Positions 28,260 to 37,650 of a DNA stretch of 64,000 nt are shown one piece after another (position 1 is the first letter of the stretch; the number at the start of each line of letters is the position of its first letter). This stretch comes from a bacterium (lineage in GTDB: Bacteria; Bacteroidota; Bacteroidia; Chitinophagales; JADIYW01), in contig JBBCIS010000008.1 of the NCBI GenBank assembly GCA_037189845.1, positions 120,645 through 184,644 on the forward strand, in the 5' to 3' direction. The position numbers were made by a program, and so were the translations under genes. Under the pieces are notes generated by a model, which saw only the letters and a list, made by a program, of their open reading frames with translations, was not told the origin of the DNA and did no database searches.

Positions 28260-28865
28260 TTACTTCAACGCTTTATTGTCGATAATTTCTATACTTTTTA
28301 TAGCTCCTGTAGGAGTGATACGAATATTTTTACTGCCTTTGGGTACATAGAAATAGTATTCAATATTAGAATCGATCAGGCTTACTTCTTCAGCATCTCC
28401 GGTATTATAATAGATTTTGTGCTTGTATTCTAATTGACCGGAATGAATATCTTTAGAAACAGACCATCCTTCCATTAAGGCAAAACCCAGAAAAATGGAA
28501 AAAAATAAAGCCATAAAACTTCTTAGAAAGAGACTGTCGGCATATTCTACTGCTTCTTCTTCCGGCATTTCAGATTTTATTTTTTTGATAGCGAAAAATT
28601 GTCTGACCCATTTCTTTTCGCTGTGCTTCATGAATAAGTTCCTGATAAGAAAAGGATAGTAAGAAACCAGCATCATTACGATAAATACAATAGGATGTGA
28701 AGTCATTACTGCAATAGGGCTGATCAGAATATCCATGACGGTAGAATACTTCAGTATATTGATCCCCAGCTGATAAAATACTACAGTTTCTTTCAGAATA
28801 CCTAAAACGACCAGGTACAGGTATCCGAGAGGAAGTAAGCTCTGGGCTCTATCAATATATTTCAT
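28260..28865 (-). CDS. Hypothetical membrane protein
   Basis: 201-aa ORF with three hydrophobic segments. Confidence 0.7.
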   Translation of the reverse strand: MKYIDRAQSLLPLGYLYLVVLGILKETVVFYQLGINILKYSTVMDILISPIAVMTSHPIVFIVMMLVSYYPFLIRNLFMKHSEKKWVRQFFAIKKIKSEMPEEEAVEYADSLFLRSFMALFFSIFLGFALMEGWSVSKDIHSGQLEYKHKIYYNTGDAEEVSLIDSNIEYYFYVPKGSKNIRITPTGAIKSIEIIDNKALK

Positions 28866-29031
28866 ATCCGGTTGATTGAAAATATGTAAATATCAGACAG
28901 CTTTTGCAGAAATGAAAATGTAGAAACAGCTTTTTCGGTAAAAAGCACCAGATGCAAGAGGAGGTGTAAAGTCAATAGTGAAAATAATAGACAGAAGACA
29001 GTATTTCCGTCCTCTGCCTATCATGTCAAAT

Positions 29032-29688
29032 TTATATTTCCATTTCCGGGACGAAATCAGGAACGATCAGCTTGCCGGCAGTTTTAGCAACGATCTCTTC
29101 TACGCTGACACCAGGCGCACGCTCCAATAAGTGGAAAGCACCGTCTTTTACATCAAAAACACCGAGATCGGAAACGATTTTTTTGACGCATCCTACACCT
29201 GTAAGAGGTAAGGAGCATTCCGGTAAAAGTTTGGATTCGCCTTCTCTGTTGGTATGCTGCATGGCTACAATGATATTTTTTGCGGATGCTACCAGATCCA
29301 TCGCTCCACCCATACCTTTGACCATTTTGCCCGGAATTTTCCAGTTGGCAATATCTCCGTTTTCAGAAACTTCCATAGCACCCAGAACAGTCAGATCTAT
29401 TTTCCCGGCACGTATCATACCGAAGCTTTCTGCTGAGTCGAAGAATGAACCGCCCGGGATAACAGTGACGGTTTCCTTTCCCGCATTGATTAAGTCCGGG
29501 TCTACGTTTTCTTCTGTAGGATATGGCCCCATGCCCAACATACCATTTTCGGACTGGAGCATGATCGTCATACCTTCCGGCACATAGTTGGAAACAAGGG
29601 TTGGGATGCCGATGCCAAGATTGACATAAAATCCATCCTGTAATTCTTTTGCTATTCTTTTGGCAATGCCATATTTATCTAGAGCCAT
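29032..29688 (-). CDS. scoB: 3-oxoacid CoA-transferase subunit B
   Basis: [14 protein letters not shown] catalytic Glu, KGMGGAMDL. Confidence 0.95.
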   Translation of the reverse strand: MALDKYGIAKRIAKELQDGFYVNLGIGIPTLVSNYVPEGMTIMLQSENGMLGMGPYPTEENVDPDLINAGKETVTVIPGGSFFDSAESFGMIRAGKIDLTVLGAMEVSENGDIANWKIPGKMVKGMGGAMDLVASAKNIIVAMQHTNREGESKLLPECSLPLTGVGCVKKIVSDLGVFDVKDGAFHLLERAPGVSVEEIVAKTAGKLIVPDFVPEMEI

Positions 29689-29698
29689 GATTGTTTTT

Positions 29699-29799
29699 GT
29701 TTAAAGTTTGAATTGTTTAAGGTCTAAAGTTACTTTCGCCTGTCAGGCAGTTCGGTTGCATAGCATAACTTTAAACTTTGAATCTTAAACTTTAAACTA
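29699..29799. repeat. Intergenic inverted repeat with 7-bp periodic arms (copy A)
   Basis: Left arm TTTAAAG/TTTGAAT/TTTAAGG/TCTAAAG; right arm CTTTAAA/CTTTGAA/TCTTAAA/CTTTAAA. Confidence 0.75.
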
Positions 29800-30492
29800 C
29801 TTGAGCTGTACAGTTCTTTTCTCAATACGTTTTTCGTAATTCTTTCCTTCAAAAATGCGGTGAACATACACACCTGCAACATGAATATGGTCAGGATCCA
29901 ATTCACCCGGTTGTACCAGCTCTTCTACTTCAACAATAGTGATCAGTCCGGCTTTTGCCATCGGAACGCTGAAGTTTCTGGTAGATTTTCTAAAAACAAG
30001 ATTGCCTAAAGTATCGCCTTTCCATGCTTTGATCAATGCAAAATCAGCATATAGCGCATGCTCCATCAGGTGCATTTTGCCGTTAAATTCTCTGACCTCT
30101 TTGCCTTCTGCGATTTCTGTACCGTAACCTGCAGGGGTGAAAAATGCCGGAATACCCATTCCTGCCATCTGAATACGTGTAGCCAAAGTGCCTTGCGGTA
30201 CTAGATCTACTTCAAGCTCTCCGCTCAATAGCTGACGTTCAAATTCTTTGTTTTCTCCTACATAGGAAGAAATCATTTTTTTGACTTGCTTTGTCTGCAA
30301 CATCAAACCAATACCGAAATCATCTACTCCGGCATTATTGGAGATACAAGTCAGATTGCTGACACCTTTTCTGATGAGTGCCTGTATGAGATTTTCAGGA
30401 ATACCATTCAGCCCGAAACCTCCCAACATCAAGGTAGACCCCGATTCTATATCGAAGATGGCTTCGTCAGCATTGTTGTACACTTTATTCAT
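29797..30492 (-). CDS. scoA: 3-oxoacid CoA-transferase subunit A
   Basis: LMLGGFGLNGIPENLI, ISNNAGVDDFG, PQGTLA, FFTPAGYGT; ATG at 30492 (MNKVY) preferred. Confidence 0.95.
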   Translation of the reverse strand: MNKVYNNADEAIFDIESGSTLMLGGFGLNGIPENLIQALIRKGVSNLTCISNNAGVDDFGIGLMLQTKQVKKMISSYVGENKEFERQLLSGELEVDLVPQGTLATRIQMAGMGIPAFFTPAGYGTEIAEGKEVREFNGKMHLMEHALYADFALIKAWKGDTLGNLVFRKSTRNFSVPMAKAGLITIVEVEELVQPGELDPDHIHVAGVYVHRIFEGKNYEKRIEKRTVQLK

Positions 30493-30725
30493 GGATATAT
30501 CATTGTTTTTGGTGAGGCCAAAATACGAAAGTTTTAGAAATCGGGATGTAATACGGATTGTAATTTTAAAATAGGCCAATATTTTAAAATGTTACAATCG
30601 TTAATGCCGATGTTCCGAAAGCTTTCGGAATCAAATAGAGCAATGAATCCGCCGTGGCGGAGAATATTGATCTATATTGAATGTGCGAACGGTATAATAA
30701 ATTGCTCAGATCTTGCAAGACTGGA

Positions 30726-32147
30726 CTATATCTCATACAAGTGCTTCCATGGTTGAGCTGCTTCCAGCTCGTATGCCAGTTCCAGGAGTAATGCGTCCTG
30801 TCCATGAGCGGCGGCAAACTGTAATCCTAAAGGCAATCCTAAGCTGTCTGTTCCTACTGGTAAAGAAATCGCAGGTGCTCCGGAAACATTCTGCATGCCC
30901 GGGAAAGGAGCATAATAAGATGCTCTTTTCAGAATTTCTTTACTGGATAATAAGGGGGACAGGTAACCGATTTCGGGTGTTCTCAAAGTGGTGACCGGAG
31001 TCAGAAGTATATCATACTTCTGCATCAGCTCTGATTCAAGCTGCTTCATTGTTTTCTTTAAAGTTTGTACACTCTTAGGAAATCGAAGGATGTTTTTCAG
31101 AAAAGTATTGCTGAGTCCGTAAGTAAACGGTTCCAGATTATCTGTATCTATTTTGGATTTGACCATCAGACCGCCCGTACGTGTCAGCATAAATGCCAGA
31201 AATCCATAGTAATTCAGATAGTGGTTCATCATTTCTTCCATATTGACAGGAATGACGATTTGCTCCACATCATGACCCAAAGATTCCAGTAAAATAGCTG
31301 TATCTGATAATGCTTTGTAAGTGTCGGCATCTATGTGTCCCGGTTCGCCCGGAGCTTTGTTTTCTATAAAAGCTATTTTCAGCCTTTTTTTCAACGGTTC
31401 TTTTACATGACCGATGGATGGCAGCTTGGGATTTTTATAAAATTTTTCTGCTTCAGAATAAAATGCTGCTGTATCTCTGACACTTCTGGTCAATACACCC
31501 TGATAGCCGATATTGATAGGCATAAATTCTGCGCCATCAAAATTGACCAGTCTTTGCCTGGTTGGTTTTAATCCTACAAGTCCGCAACAAGCCGCAGGAA
31601 TACGCGTAGAACCTGCGCCGTCATTGGCCTGAGCAATAGGCACTACACCACTGGCAACCAATGCTCCCGAACCGGATGATGAGCCTCCCGGTGTATGATT
31701 CGTATTCCATGGATTGCGGGTGATGCCCCATTTTTCATTTTCTGTGCTGCAAATCAGACCAAACTCCGGCATGGTAGATTTTCCCATGTAATTCAGTCCG
31801 GTGGACAGCATCTGGTTGACAAATGTGCCGTTTTTGGAAGCAGGTTTTGCTTTGAATACACCTGTTCCCAGTTGAGTCGGATATCCTTTGATGTGATCAT
31901 TATCTTTGATAAAAGTAGGAACTCCGTAGAAAAAACCGCTTTTGTTAGATTGTCTCGCCTCGAGTGCTTCTGCGTGAGTGTCTAAAACTATTGCATTCAG
32001 AATGGGATTGACCTTTTTAGCTCTTGCGATGGCTGCTTCTGTAACTTCTTTTACAGATACCTTTTTTGAGCGAATGGCTTCTGCCGTAGCAGTTGCGTCC
32101 ATAGTACCTAATGCATCATCAGAAAATGCGTGTATTGTTAAAGACAT
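30726..32147 (-). CDS. Amidase signature family enzyme
   Basis: GVPTFIKD, GGSSSGS, DGAGSTRIPAACCGLVGLKPT. Confidence 0.93.
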   Translation of the reverse strand: MSLTIHAFSDDALGTMDATATAEAIRSKKVSVKEVTEAAIARAKKVNPILNAIVLDTHAEALEARQSNKSGFFYGVPTFIKDNDHIKGYPTQLGTGVFKAKPASKNGTFVNQMLSTGLNYMGKSTMPEFGLICSTENEKWGITRNPWNTNHTPGGSSSGSGALVASGVVPIAQANDGAGSTRIPAACCGLVGLKPTRQRLVNFDGAEFMPINIGYQGVLTRSVRDTAAFYSEAEKFYKNPKLPSIGHVKEPLKKRLKIAFIENKAPGEPGHIDADTYKALSDTAILLESLGHDVEQIVIPVNMEEMMNHYLNYYGFLAFMLTRTGGLMVKSKIDTDNLEPFTYGLSNTFLKNILRFPKSVQTLKKTMKQLESELMQKYDILLTPVTTLRTPEIGYLSPLLSSKEILKRASYYAPFPGMQNVSGAPAISLPVGTDSLGLPLGLQFAAAHGQDALLLELAYELEAAQPWKHLYEI

Positions 32148-32210
32148 TTTAGTATCAGTTATATGTGTAAATGTAGAGTATTCTATGGAAGAATTGATAT
32201 TAATATTGAA

Positions 32211-33611
32211 TCATTCGGTGCCCGGAAAAACAGTGAGTACCTGATTTTTATACAAGACAATTTTAGTTTTTCTTTTTCCAAAGATTTTGATGACAGGCTG
32301 ATTTTCTACAGGATAATCTCTCATATCATTACAAACAGGGCTGTATGCTATGTAAGAGTAATCTCTGATAGAGAATTCAGAAATATCTTTTAATCTTTCT
32401 CCCGAAGTCAAATCCGTTTGTTGCTGACTGCAAAATAACGGAAATGCCGACGCTATTTCTCCTGGTGGAATATCGTATTCGGAGATATAGCGGAAAAAAT
32501 CTTTCCTGCTTTTCTCATAAGAAAGATACTGCAAAGTGACATCCCAGCCATTGCTCAGCTGAATAGGGTACAACCAGAAATGTCCTGAAATAAATGCAGC
32601 CAAAGTAATAGCTACCCAGAATTTGCTGAAAGCAATCTGCTTCCATTGAGAAATGATCAGGAATATCATTCCGACATGAATGATCATGAAATATCTGTGG
32701 CCGATAGGATTGCTGAATAGCAACATGCTGGTATTGAGCACGATGAATATCAATGTGGTAGTGAAAAGGATCTTTCGGATATTACCGGATAGCGGCTTTG
32801 CCCTGATGGTGGTGACAGCACATAAAAACAATATGCTTAAAGGAAGGAGCCCATAGTCTACAAATCCTCTGGTAATGCCGATGACATTACTGAGTAGCTG
32901 TTGGATAGAGGCTACATCTCTGTGTGTTTTCCAGGAGTCAGAAGGAGTGGAGATCATCCATCCTGTCTGATCATAATGATAAAAATGCCATAGTAAGAGC
33001 GGTATACATGCTGCTGTCAGAAGTATGATATTATTTCTCCAGTTCCTAAAATCAGTAATGAGATAACTGCCCAGGCAAACTATTCCGATCATTTGTCCCC
33101 GGATACTACATGCACTTAATCCCCATATGCCCATGAGAAGCCAGAAATTTCTTTTCTCTATTATTCCGATGATTGCTGTCAGAAAGAATGCAATTTGTAT
33201 GATATCATAAGACATCATAGTGGATTGAGTCAGGATATAAGGATGCAGTAACAGAAATAATAGCCCAACGATTCTGGCAATGGAAAATGTGGTGATTTTC
33301 TGGCAGATATAAACAAATGCGAAAACCATCAGCCATAAAAAAGGCAGCATGGCAATATGGCTTACAGCTAAAGTTTTGCCGAATATTTTCCAGCAGAACA
33401 TCAGGTATATCTGAAACAGGGTAGGATGTCCTGCATCCCATTTTAAAGGAGCTATGGCGTTTTGAATGCCGTTGTCATAGAACCACTGTGCTACGGAAGA
33501 TGTGAGAATCGTATCCCAAAAAAAAGGAACGTTCAGGCATAAGAGTATTACCGCCAGATAAAATCCGGCTCCGGCAGCAAATAATTTTTGACTGAGTGGA
33601 TCTAATCGCAT
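32211..33611 (-). CDS. Polytopic membrane protein, putative GT-C (ArnT/PMT-like) glycosyltransferase
   Basis: About ten TM helices; PFFWDT and AGHPT in the first loop; small C-terminal soluble domain. Confidence 0.55.
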   Translation of the reverse strand: MRLDPLSQKLFAAGAGFYLAVILLCLNVPFFWDTILTSSVAQWFYDNGIQNAIAPLKWDAGHPTLFQIYLMFCWKIFGKTLAVSHIAMLPFLWLMVFAFVYICQKITTFSIARIVGLLFLLLHPYILTQSTMMSYDIIQIAFFLTAIIGIIEKRNFWLLMGIWGLSACSIRGQMIGIVCLGSYLITDFRNWRNNIILLTAACIPLLLWHFYHYDQTGWMISTPSDSWKTHRDVASIQQLLSNVIGITRGFVDYGLLPLSILFLCAVTTIRAKPLSGNIRKILFTTTLIFIVLNTSMLLFSNPIGHRYFMIIHVGMIFLIISQWKQIAFSKFWVAITLAAFISGHFWLYPIQLSNGWDVTLQYLSYEKSRKDFFRYISEYDIPPGEIASAFPLFCSQQQTDLTSGERLKDISEFSIRDYSYIAYSPVCNDMRDYPVENQPVIKIFGKRKTKIVLYKNQVLTVFPGTE

Positions 33612-33696
33612 CCTGAAAGATTCAAAAACAATATGAGGAAATTTATTGAATAACTATAAAATCCGTCATCTGCAAGGTATTCATATTTGGAAATAA

Positions 33697-33750
33697 TAGC
33701 ACAAAGCTTCAAGCTTGCACGTCAGCCATTTGGTGCAAGCGGTTTTTTAT
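33697..33750 (-). repeat. Degenerate remnant of an attC-like repeat or terminator hairpin downstream of the RelA/SpoT cassette
   Basis: GCTTGCAC-12nt-GTGCAAGC hairpin; minus strand TGACGTGCAAGCTTGAAGCTTTGTGC resembles, from memory, the interior of Bacteroidota cassette repeats. Confidence 0.35.
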
Positions 33751-33824
33751 TTTCAGTTGTCTATTGTATATTGAAAGTTTCTTTGATTCTAAAATAGAAG
33801 TTTGGAGGATAGGGGACAAACGAA

Positions 33825-34772
33825 TTATTGGATAAATGCATAATAATTATCATCTACTAACTCTAACACCGTTCTTGCAGCACCTGTTTGCCCCCACATA
33901 AACTCGCCTTCTTTGAGTTCGCTTTCAAAGAAAAAATTAGCCTCTTCCTTTTCAACTTCACAATAAATATCCTTAACTTTTTCATACCCATCTGTCAAAA
34001 CTTTTAAGGAAATATTGTTCTCTTTCATTTCTTCAAAAAGTTTACTTGTACTCTTTATGTTTTTTCCTCGATTACCAAAAGCATAGTCTAAAAAAGCTTG
34101 TAAACTATCAAGGTTAAATTCCACATTATAACTAAATGCATTTGCTTCTTTCGCAGACTCAATTAAGATACTGTTGTTAATCTCTATTTGATTTTTTATT
34201 TCTTCAAACTGCTCATCCGATTCTTCAAGTTTAGCGCTAATCCTAGATAATTTACGTCTGAACTCTATTGGCACTTGAGATTCCGACTTATGTTCAATTT
34301 CAGCCCAAGCATGCATTAAAACCGTTCTTATTTGTAATTCAGCTTTTAGATTTTCTAAACCTCTATAATTAGGAGCATTTAACCAATTTTTTTTGATTTT
34401 AACTACAAAGTGATGGGATCGGTATCCAAATTGGTCATAGTCTAGATTTTCAATTTTATTCTCATCAAAAGTGCTATTGAATTCCTTTCTAACAATTTTC
34501 TTTATTTTATCTATATCACTTTGATAGTAACAAATAATTCTAACTCCACAAATATCTTCGATTTCACTGAATGGATCTTGATAGCTTTTACGTTGAATTT
34601 TGCCAATAAAAGAATCAGAATCTTTAGTTCTGTAATTAATTGATAAGTAAGGAATACTATTTTCCTTTAATAATAATTCTAAAGCCTGCGAAATATTATA
34701 ACCTAGTTTTTCATACCTCTCGTACAACTCTTTATAAGACTGAGAGATCAAAGAAAGATCGAGTTTTTTCAT
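33825..34772 (-). CDS. RelA/SpoT-domain protein (small alarmone synthetase-like) with an in-frame loss in the EHxxxYK motif
   Basis: YRTKDSDSFIGK, IEDICGVRII, FGYRSHHFVV, ELQIRTVLMHAWAEIEHK directly followed by SESQ. Confidence 0.85.
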   Translation of the reverse strand: MKKLDLSLISQSYKELYERYEKLGYNISQALELLLKENSIPYLSINYRTKDSDSFIGKIQRKSYQDPFSEIEDICGVRIICYYQSDIDKIKKIVRKEFNSTFDENKIENLDYDQFGYRSHHFVVKIKKNWLNAPNYRGLENLKAELQIRTVLMHAWAEIEHKSESQVPIEFRRKLSRISAKLEESDEQFEEIKNQIEINNSILIESAKEANAFSYNVEFNLDSLQAFLDYAFGNRGKNIKSTSKLFEEMKENNISLKVLTDGYEKVKDIYCEVEKEEANFFFESELKEGEFMWGQTGAARTVLELVDDNYYAFIQ

Positions 34773-34805
34773 TCTTAAAATTTATAATACTATTCCTCAA
34801 ATGGC

Positions 34806-34937
34806 GCATTACGTTTCGGGGCTTTGCGATGGTGGGGCAATCGAAGTGGAAAACTTCAATTTTTCACAAAAGTTGAACCGAAGAACAACTTTTGAAAGTT
34901 GCAGTTTCGCCCCACTATTGCAAAACCCTTGTTATGC
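34806..34937 (-). mobile_element. attC-like integron cassette recombination site (132-bp imperfect hairpin)
   Basis: Minus strand GCATAAC (R'')...GGTTTTGC AATAGTGGGC...AAAAGTTG/CAACTTTT...GCCCCACCATC GCAAAGCC...GTAATGC (R', GTT mutated to GTA); lies exactly between the AbiH stop and the SAS start. Confidence 0.7.
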
Positions 34938-34955
34938 GACGTTCTTTTTTGATTA

Positions 34956-35908
34956 TTAAAGGAGTTTTAATTGAGTGTCTTCGATTTCTAATTCGGTGCA
35001 ATGCTTATAGGTTAAAAATTGTTCATCAATGTTAAGTTCTTGCATTATTTTTTTGCTGATTGTATATCATTCTCAGAATAATAGTATAAAGTCCATTTTA
35101 ATGAATTACCTTTTATTTCTGATATTTTTTTAAAATACGGAAAATCAATTTGATTGTAAGAATGACCTAATACAACAATTTCATCAACACTTTTTAATTC
35201 ATTAAAATACTCAGAATTATTTTCTATAACTGTTTCGGTTGGTTTTCTCATCATATCGTAAAATGAGGAAACTGCATTTTCTGCAAACTTTTCGTGTCCT
35301 ACTTCTCCAGATTCGACATTGCCATCTTCATCGATTGTAAGAAAGGCATTTTCATCACCATATAACGCTTGTCTAACATTGAAATCCTCAGATTTTTTTC
35401 CGTGTCCAAAAATCAATTCTTCACCAACTTTATTATGTATGTGTAAAATATTGCTTAATGGAATTCTGTAGGTATGTTCTAAAATTTCGGTGTAGTTAAA
35501 AGTGATGTAATAATCAGATTTATCCAATTTGTAAGTTCTTTTAACTTCTTCAATCTCTAACGAGTTAATCCATTCTTCAAAGCCATTTCTAATATTTTTT
35601 AAAAGTTCCTCACATTCTTGTTCAACATAAATCTGTGCATCATTCCAATCACCATCTCTAAAGTCGTCGGATGCAAAATTTGGGCTATTTTCACCAATAA
35701 TATCGGTTATTGAATCATAAATAATATCTTTTTCTAAACTTGTTTAAAAGTCAGACCACAAGTCAGAATCACTTTCAACGGAATAAAACGTTTCCATTGC
35801 CTCTAAAATATCAGTTCTATTTTCATTTAGATAAACGTAAAAATCAGAATATTTGCAAGCTATTTTGTGACTTATATCGAAGCCGTTTCCTAGAATAAAT
35901 AATTTCAT
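34956..35908 (-). pseudogene. AbiH-family abortive infection protein, disrupted
   Basis: MKLFILGNGFDISH N-terminal motif, ITFNYT, IVVLGHS; in-frame TAA at 35744-35746 (WSDF*TSL) and a frameshift at the A7 run near 35048-35054; repaired frame ends at TAA 34956. Confidence 0.8.
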
Positions 35909-35950
35909 TGTTCTCTTGTTGTTTGTTGGTTTGCCTGCGTTAGAATGACA

Positions 35951-35981
35951 CATAACGTTTGTGTTTGCGCCATATGGCGTT
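35951..35981 (-). mobile_element. Half attC-like or attI-like site at the 5' end of the cassette array
   Basis: Minus strand CGCCATATGGCG CAAACACAAAC GTTATGT matches the right end of the 34806-34937 site (GCAAAGCCCCGAAAC GTAATGC). Confidence 0.5.
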
Positions 35982-36336
35982 AATCTCCCTTATAATTATC
36001 TTCCAAGAAGATTGACAAAATCTCATTGAAGGCTGTAATATAAAAAGGAGAAAAGAAAGATATTGTATTTTAATCGATAATTGTATCTATGTGAGTAACT
36101 AAATATGTGTTGTGTGTAGTTGAGTTTATTCATCTATATTCAGAGATTGCACAACTGTAAAGTGTCAGCACTTTTATAAAGTATGATAGTCGAGCGGAAT
36201 TGGCTTCGAAATGGTTCGATATACTCTCCACAAGTCCTCAGGCTCCGATTAGCAGCTCCGCTACAGCCCGGATAGAACGAAATATCACCCGCCGCACATA
36301 GCCTTGAGTAGCTTCGGCTTGATTCAATCACTAGAC

Positions 36337-36368
36337 TTCGACTCCGTGGTCAGTGAGCGGGAGTCGAA
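36337..36368. repeat. REP-like palindrome
   Basis: TTCGACTCC...GGAGTCGAA perfect 9-bp stem; related degenerate sequences near 36203-36250 and 46353-46375. Confidence 0.55.
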
Positions 36369-36799
36369 CTGCTCTGCCACCGTGGCGGGAAGATGTAGTG
36401 ATAGCCGGATTAGCTACCAACTTTGTATTCGCATTTTGAAGCTGTTGAAATTGTCATGCTCTTTCTGTGCTACTGGTCTGTTTATTTGTACTTATACCGA
36501 TTACATATCTGTAATAGTCCAATCTTGCCTTTGGCAAATTGTCCTAAACAGCTATTGTTCCGATACGAAAATGTAACAAGTCGCTACACGAACTGACATT
36601 TTTATCTATCGGAATTGGCATATCGGCATTAACCATTCTAAAATTTTAAAATAGTGTAAAATTAGAATTGGTATTATTCCCAAAACGCTGAGAAGATTTG
36701 AAATTATAGTGCAATATTTACTGTGTGTTTTCTGAAAAATGACCTGCATTGTCATGAACAATGATTCGGATCTTTTGTCAATAGTATTGAGTTATATCT

Positions 36800-37633
36800 A
36801 TGAAAAATAAACTTACGCTTGGTTTCTCGCCCTGTCCTAATGATACTTTTATCTTTGATGCCTTGATCCACCGGAAGATTGATACGAAAGGGCTGGAGTT
36901 TGAAGTGGTGATGGATGATGTGGAAGCGCTGAATAAAATGGCGGAGCAGGGGCAGCTGGATATTACGAAGCTGAGCTATCACGCTTTTGTGTATATGACA
37001 CAACAATATCAGCTTTTGCATGCCGGCAGTGCGCTGGGTCACGGATGTGGTCCTCTGTTGATAGCGAAAGAGAAACTGACAGAACGTCAAATCAATGAAG
37101 GACGGATTGCTATACCGGGAAAGCTGACTACGGCTAATTTTCTTTTGTCGGTGGCTTACCCAAAAGCGAAAAACAAGCAGAGTGTTTTGTTCTCAGAGGT
37201 AGAGAATGCTGTACTTTCGGGTGAGTATGATGCAGGATTGCTGATACATGAAAACCGTTTTACGTATGAGGAAAGAGGTCTGGTGAAAATCATTGATCTG
37301 GGAGATTATTGGGAAAATCTGACATGGTTGCCGATACCGTTAGGCGGAATTGTCATAAAAAGGGATTTTTCTCAGGAACAAAAACAGTTGGTATCGGATT
37401 TGATTCGCCAGAGTGTGGAGTTTGCATTTAAAAACACCGAACAAGCGATGCCTTTTATCCGCCAGTTTGCACAAGCGATGTCAGATGATGTGATGTTGAA
37501 GCACATAGGATTGTATGTGAATGAGTACAGTGTGGATTTAGGGGATAAGGGAAAAACTGCCGTTCAAAGATTATTTGATTCAGCAGTGGAAGCAGGTTTG
37601 GTAAAAGACTATACAACTCCGATCTGGATTTAA
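36800..37633 (+). CDS. mqnD: 1,4-dihydroxy-6-naphthoate synthase (futalosine pathway)
   Basis: LGFSPCPNDTFIF, DVEALN, GSALGHGCGP, LIHENRFTY, LPIPLGG, HIGLYVNEYS. Confidence 0.93.
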   Translation: MKNKLTLGFSPCPNDTFIFDALIHRKIDTKGLEFEVVMDDVEALNKMAEQGQLDITKLSYHAFVYMTQQYQLLHAGSALGHGCGPLLIAKEKLTERQINEGRIAIPGKLTTANFLLSVAYPKAKNKQSVLFSEVENAVLSGEYDAGLLIHENRFTYEERGLVKIIDLGDYWENLTWLPIPLGGIVIKRDFSQEQKQLVSDLIRQSVEFAFKNTEQAMPFIRQFAQAMSDDVMLKHIGLYVNEYSVDLGDKGKTAVQRLFDSAVEAGLVKDYTTPIWI

Positions 37634-37650
37634 TTATAAAAAGATATCTC

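Noticed and set aside
34640-34876. Plus-strand 78-aa ORF across the SAS start and the attC-like site
   Set aside because: Spurious frame through the repeat and antisense to the SAS gene.
36140-36576. ORFs 36140-36331 (-) and 36304-36576 (+), and a possible group II intron 3' end
   Set aside because: No recognisable motifs and they read through REP-like palindromes; the domain V/VI consensus of group II introns is not matched.
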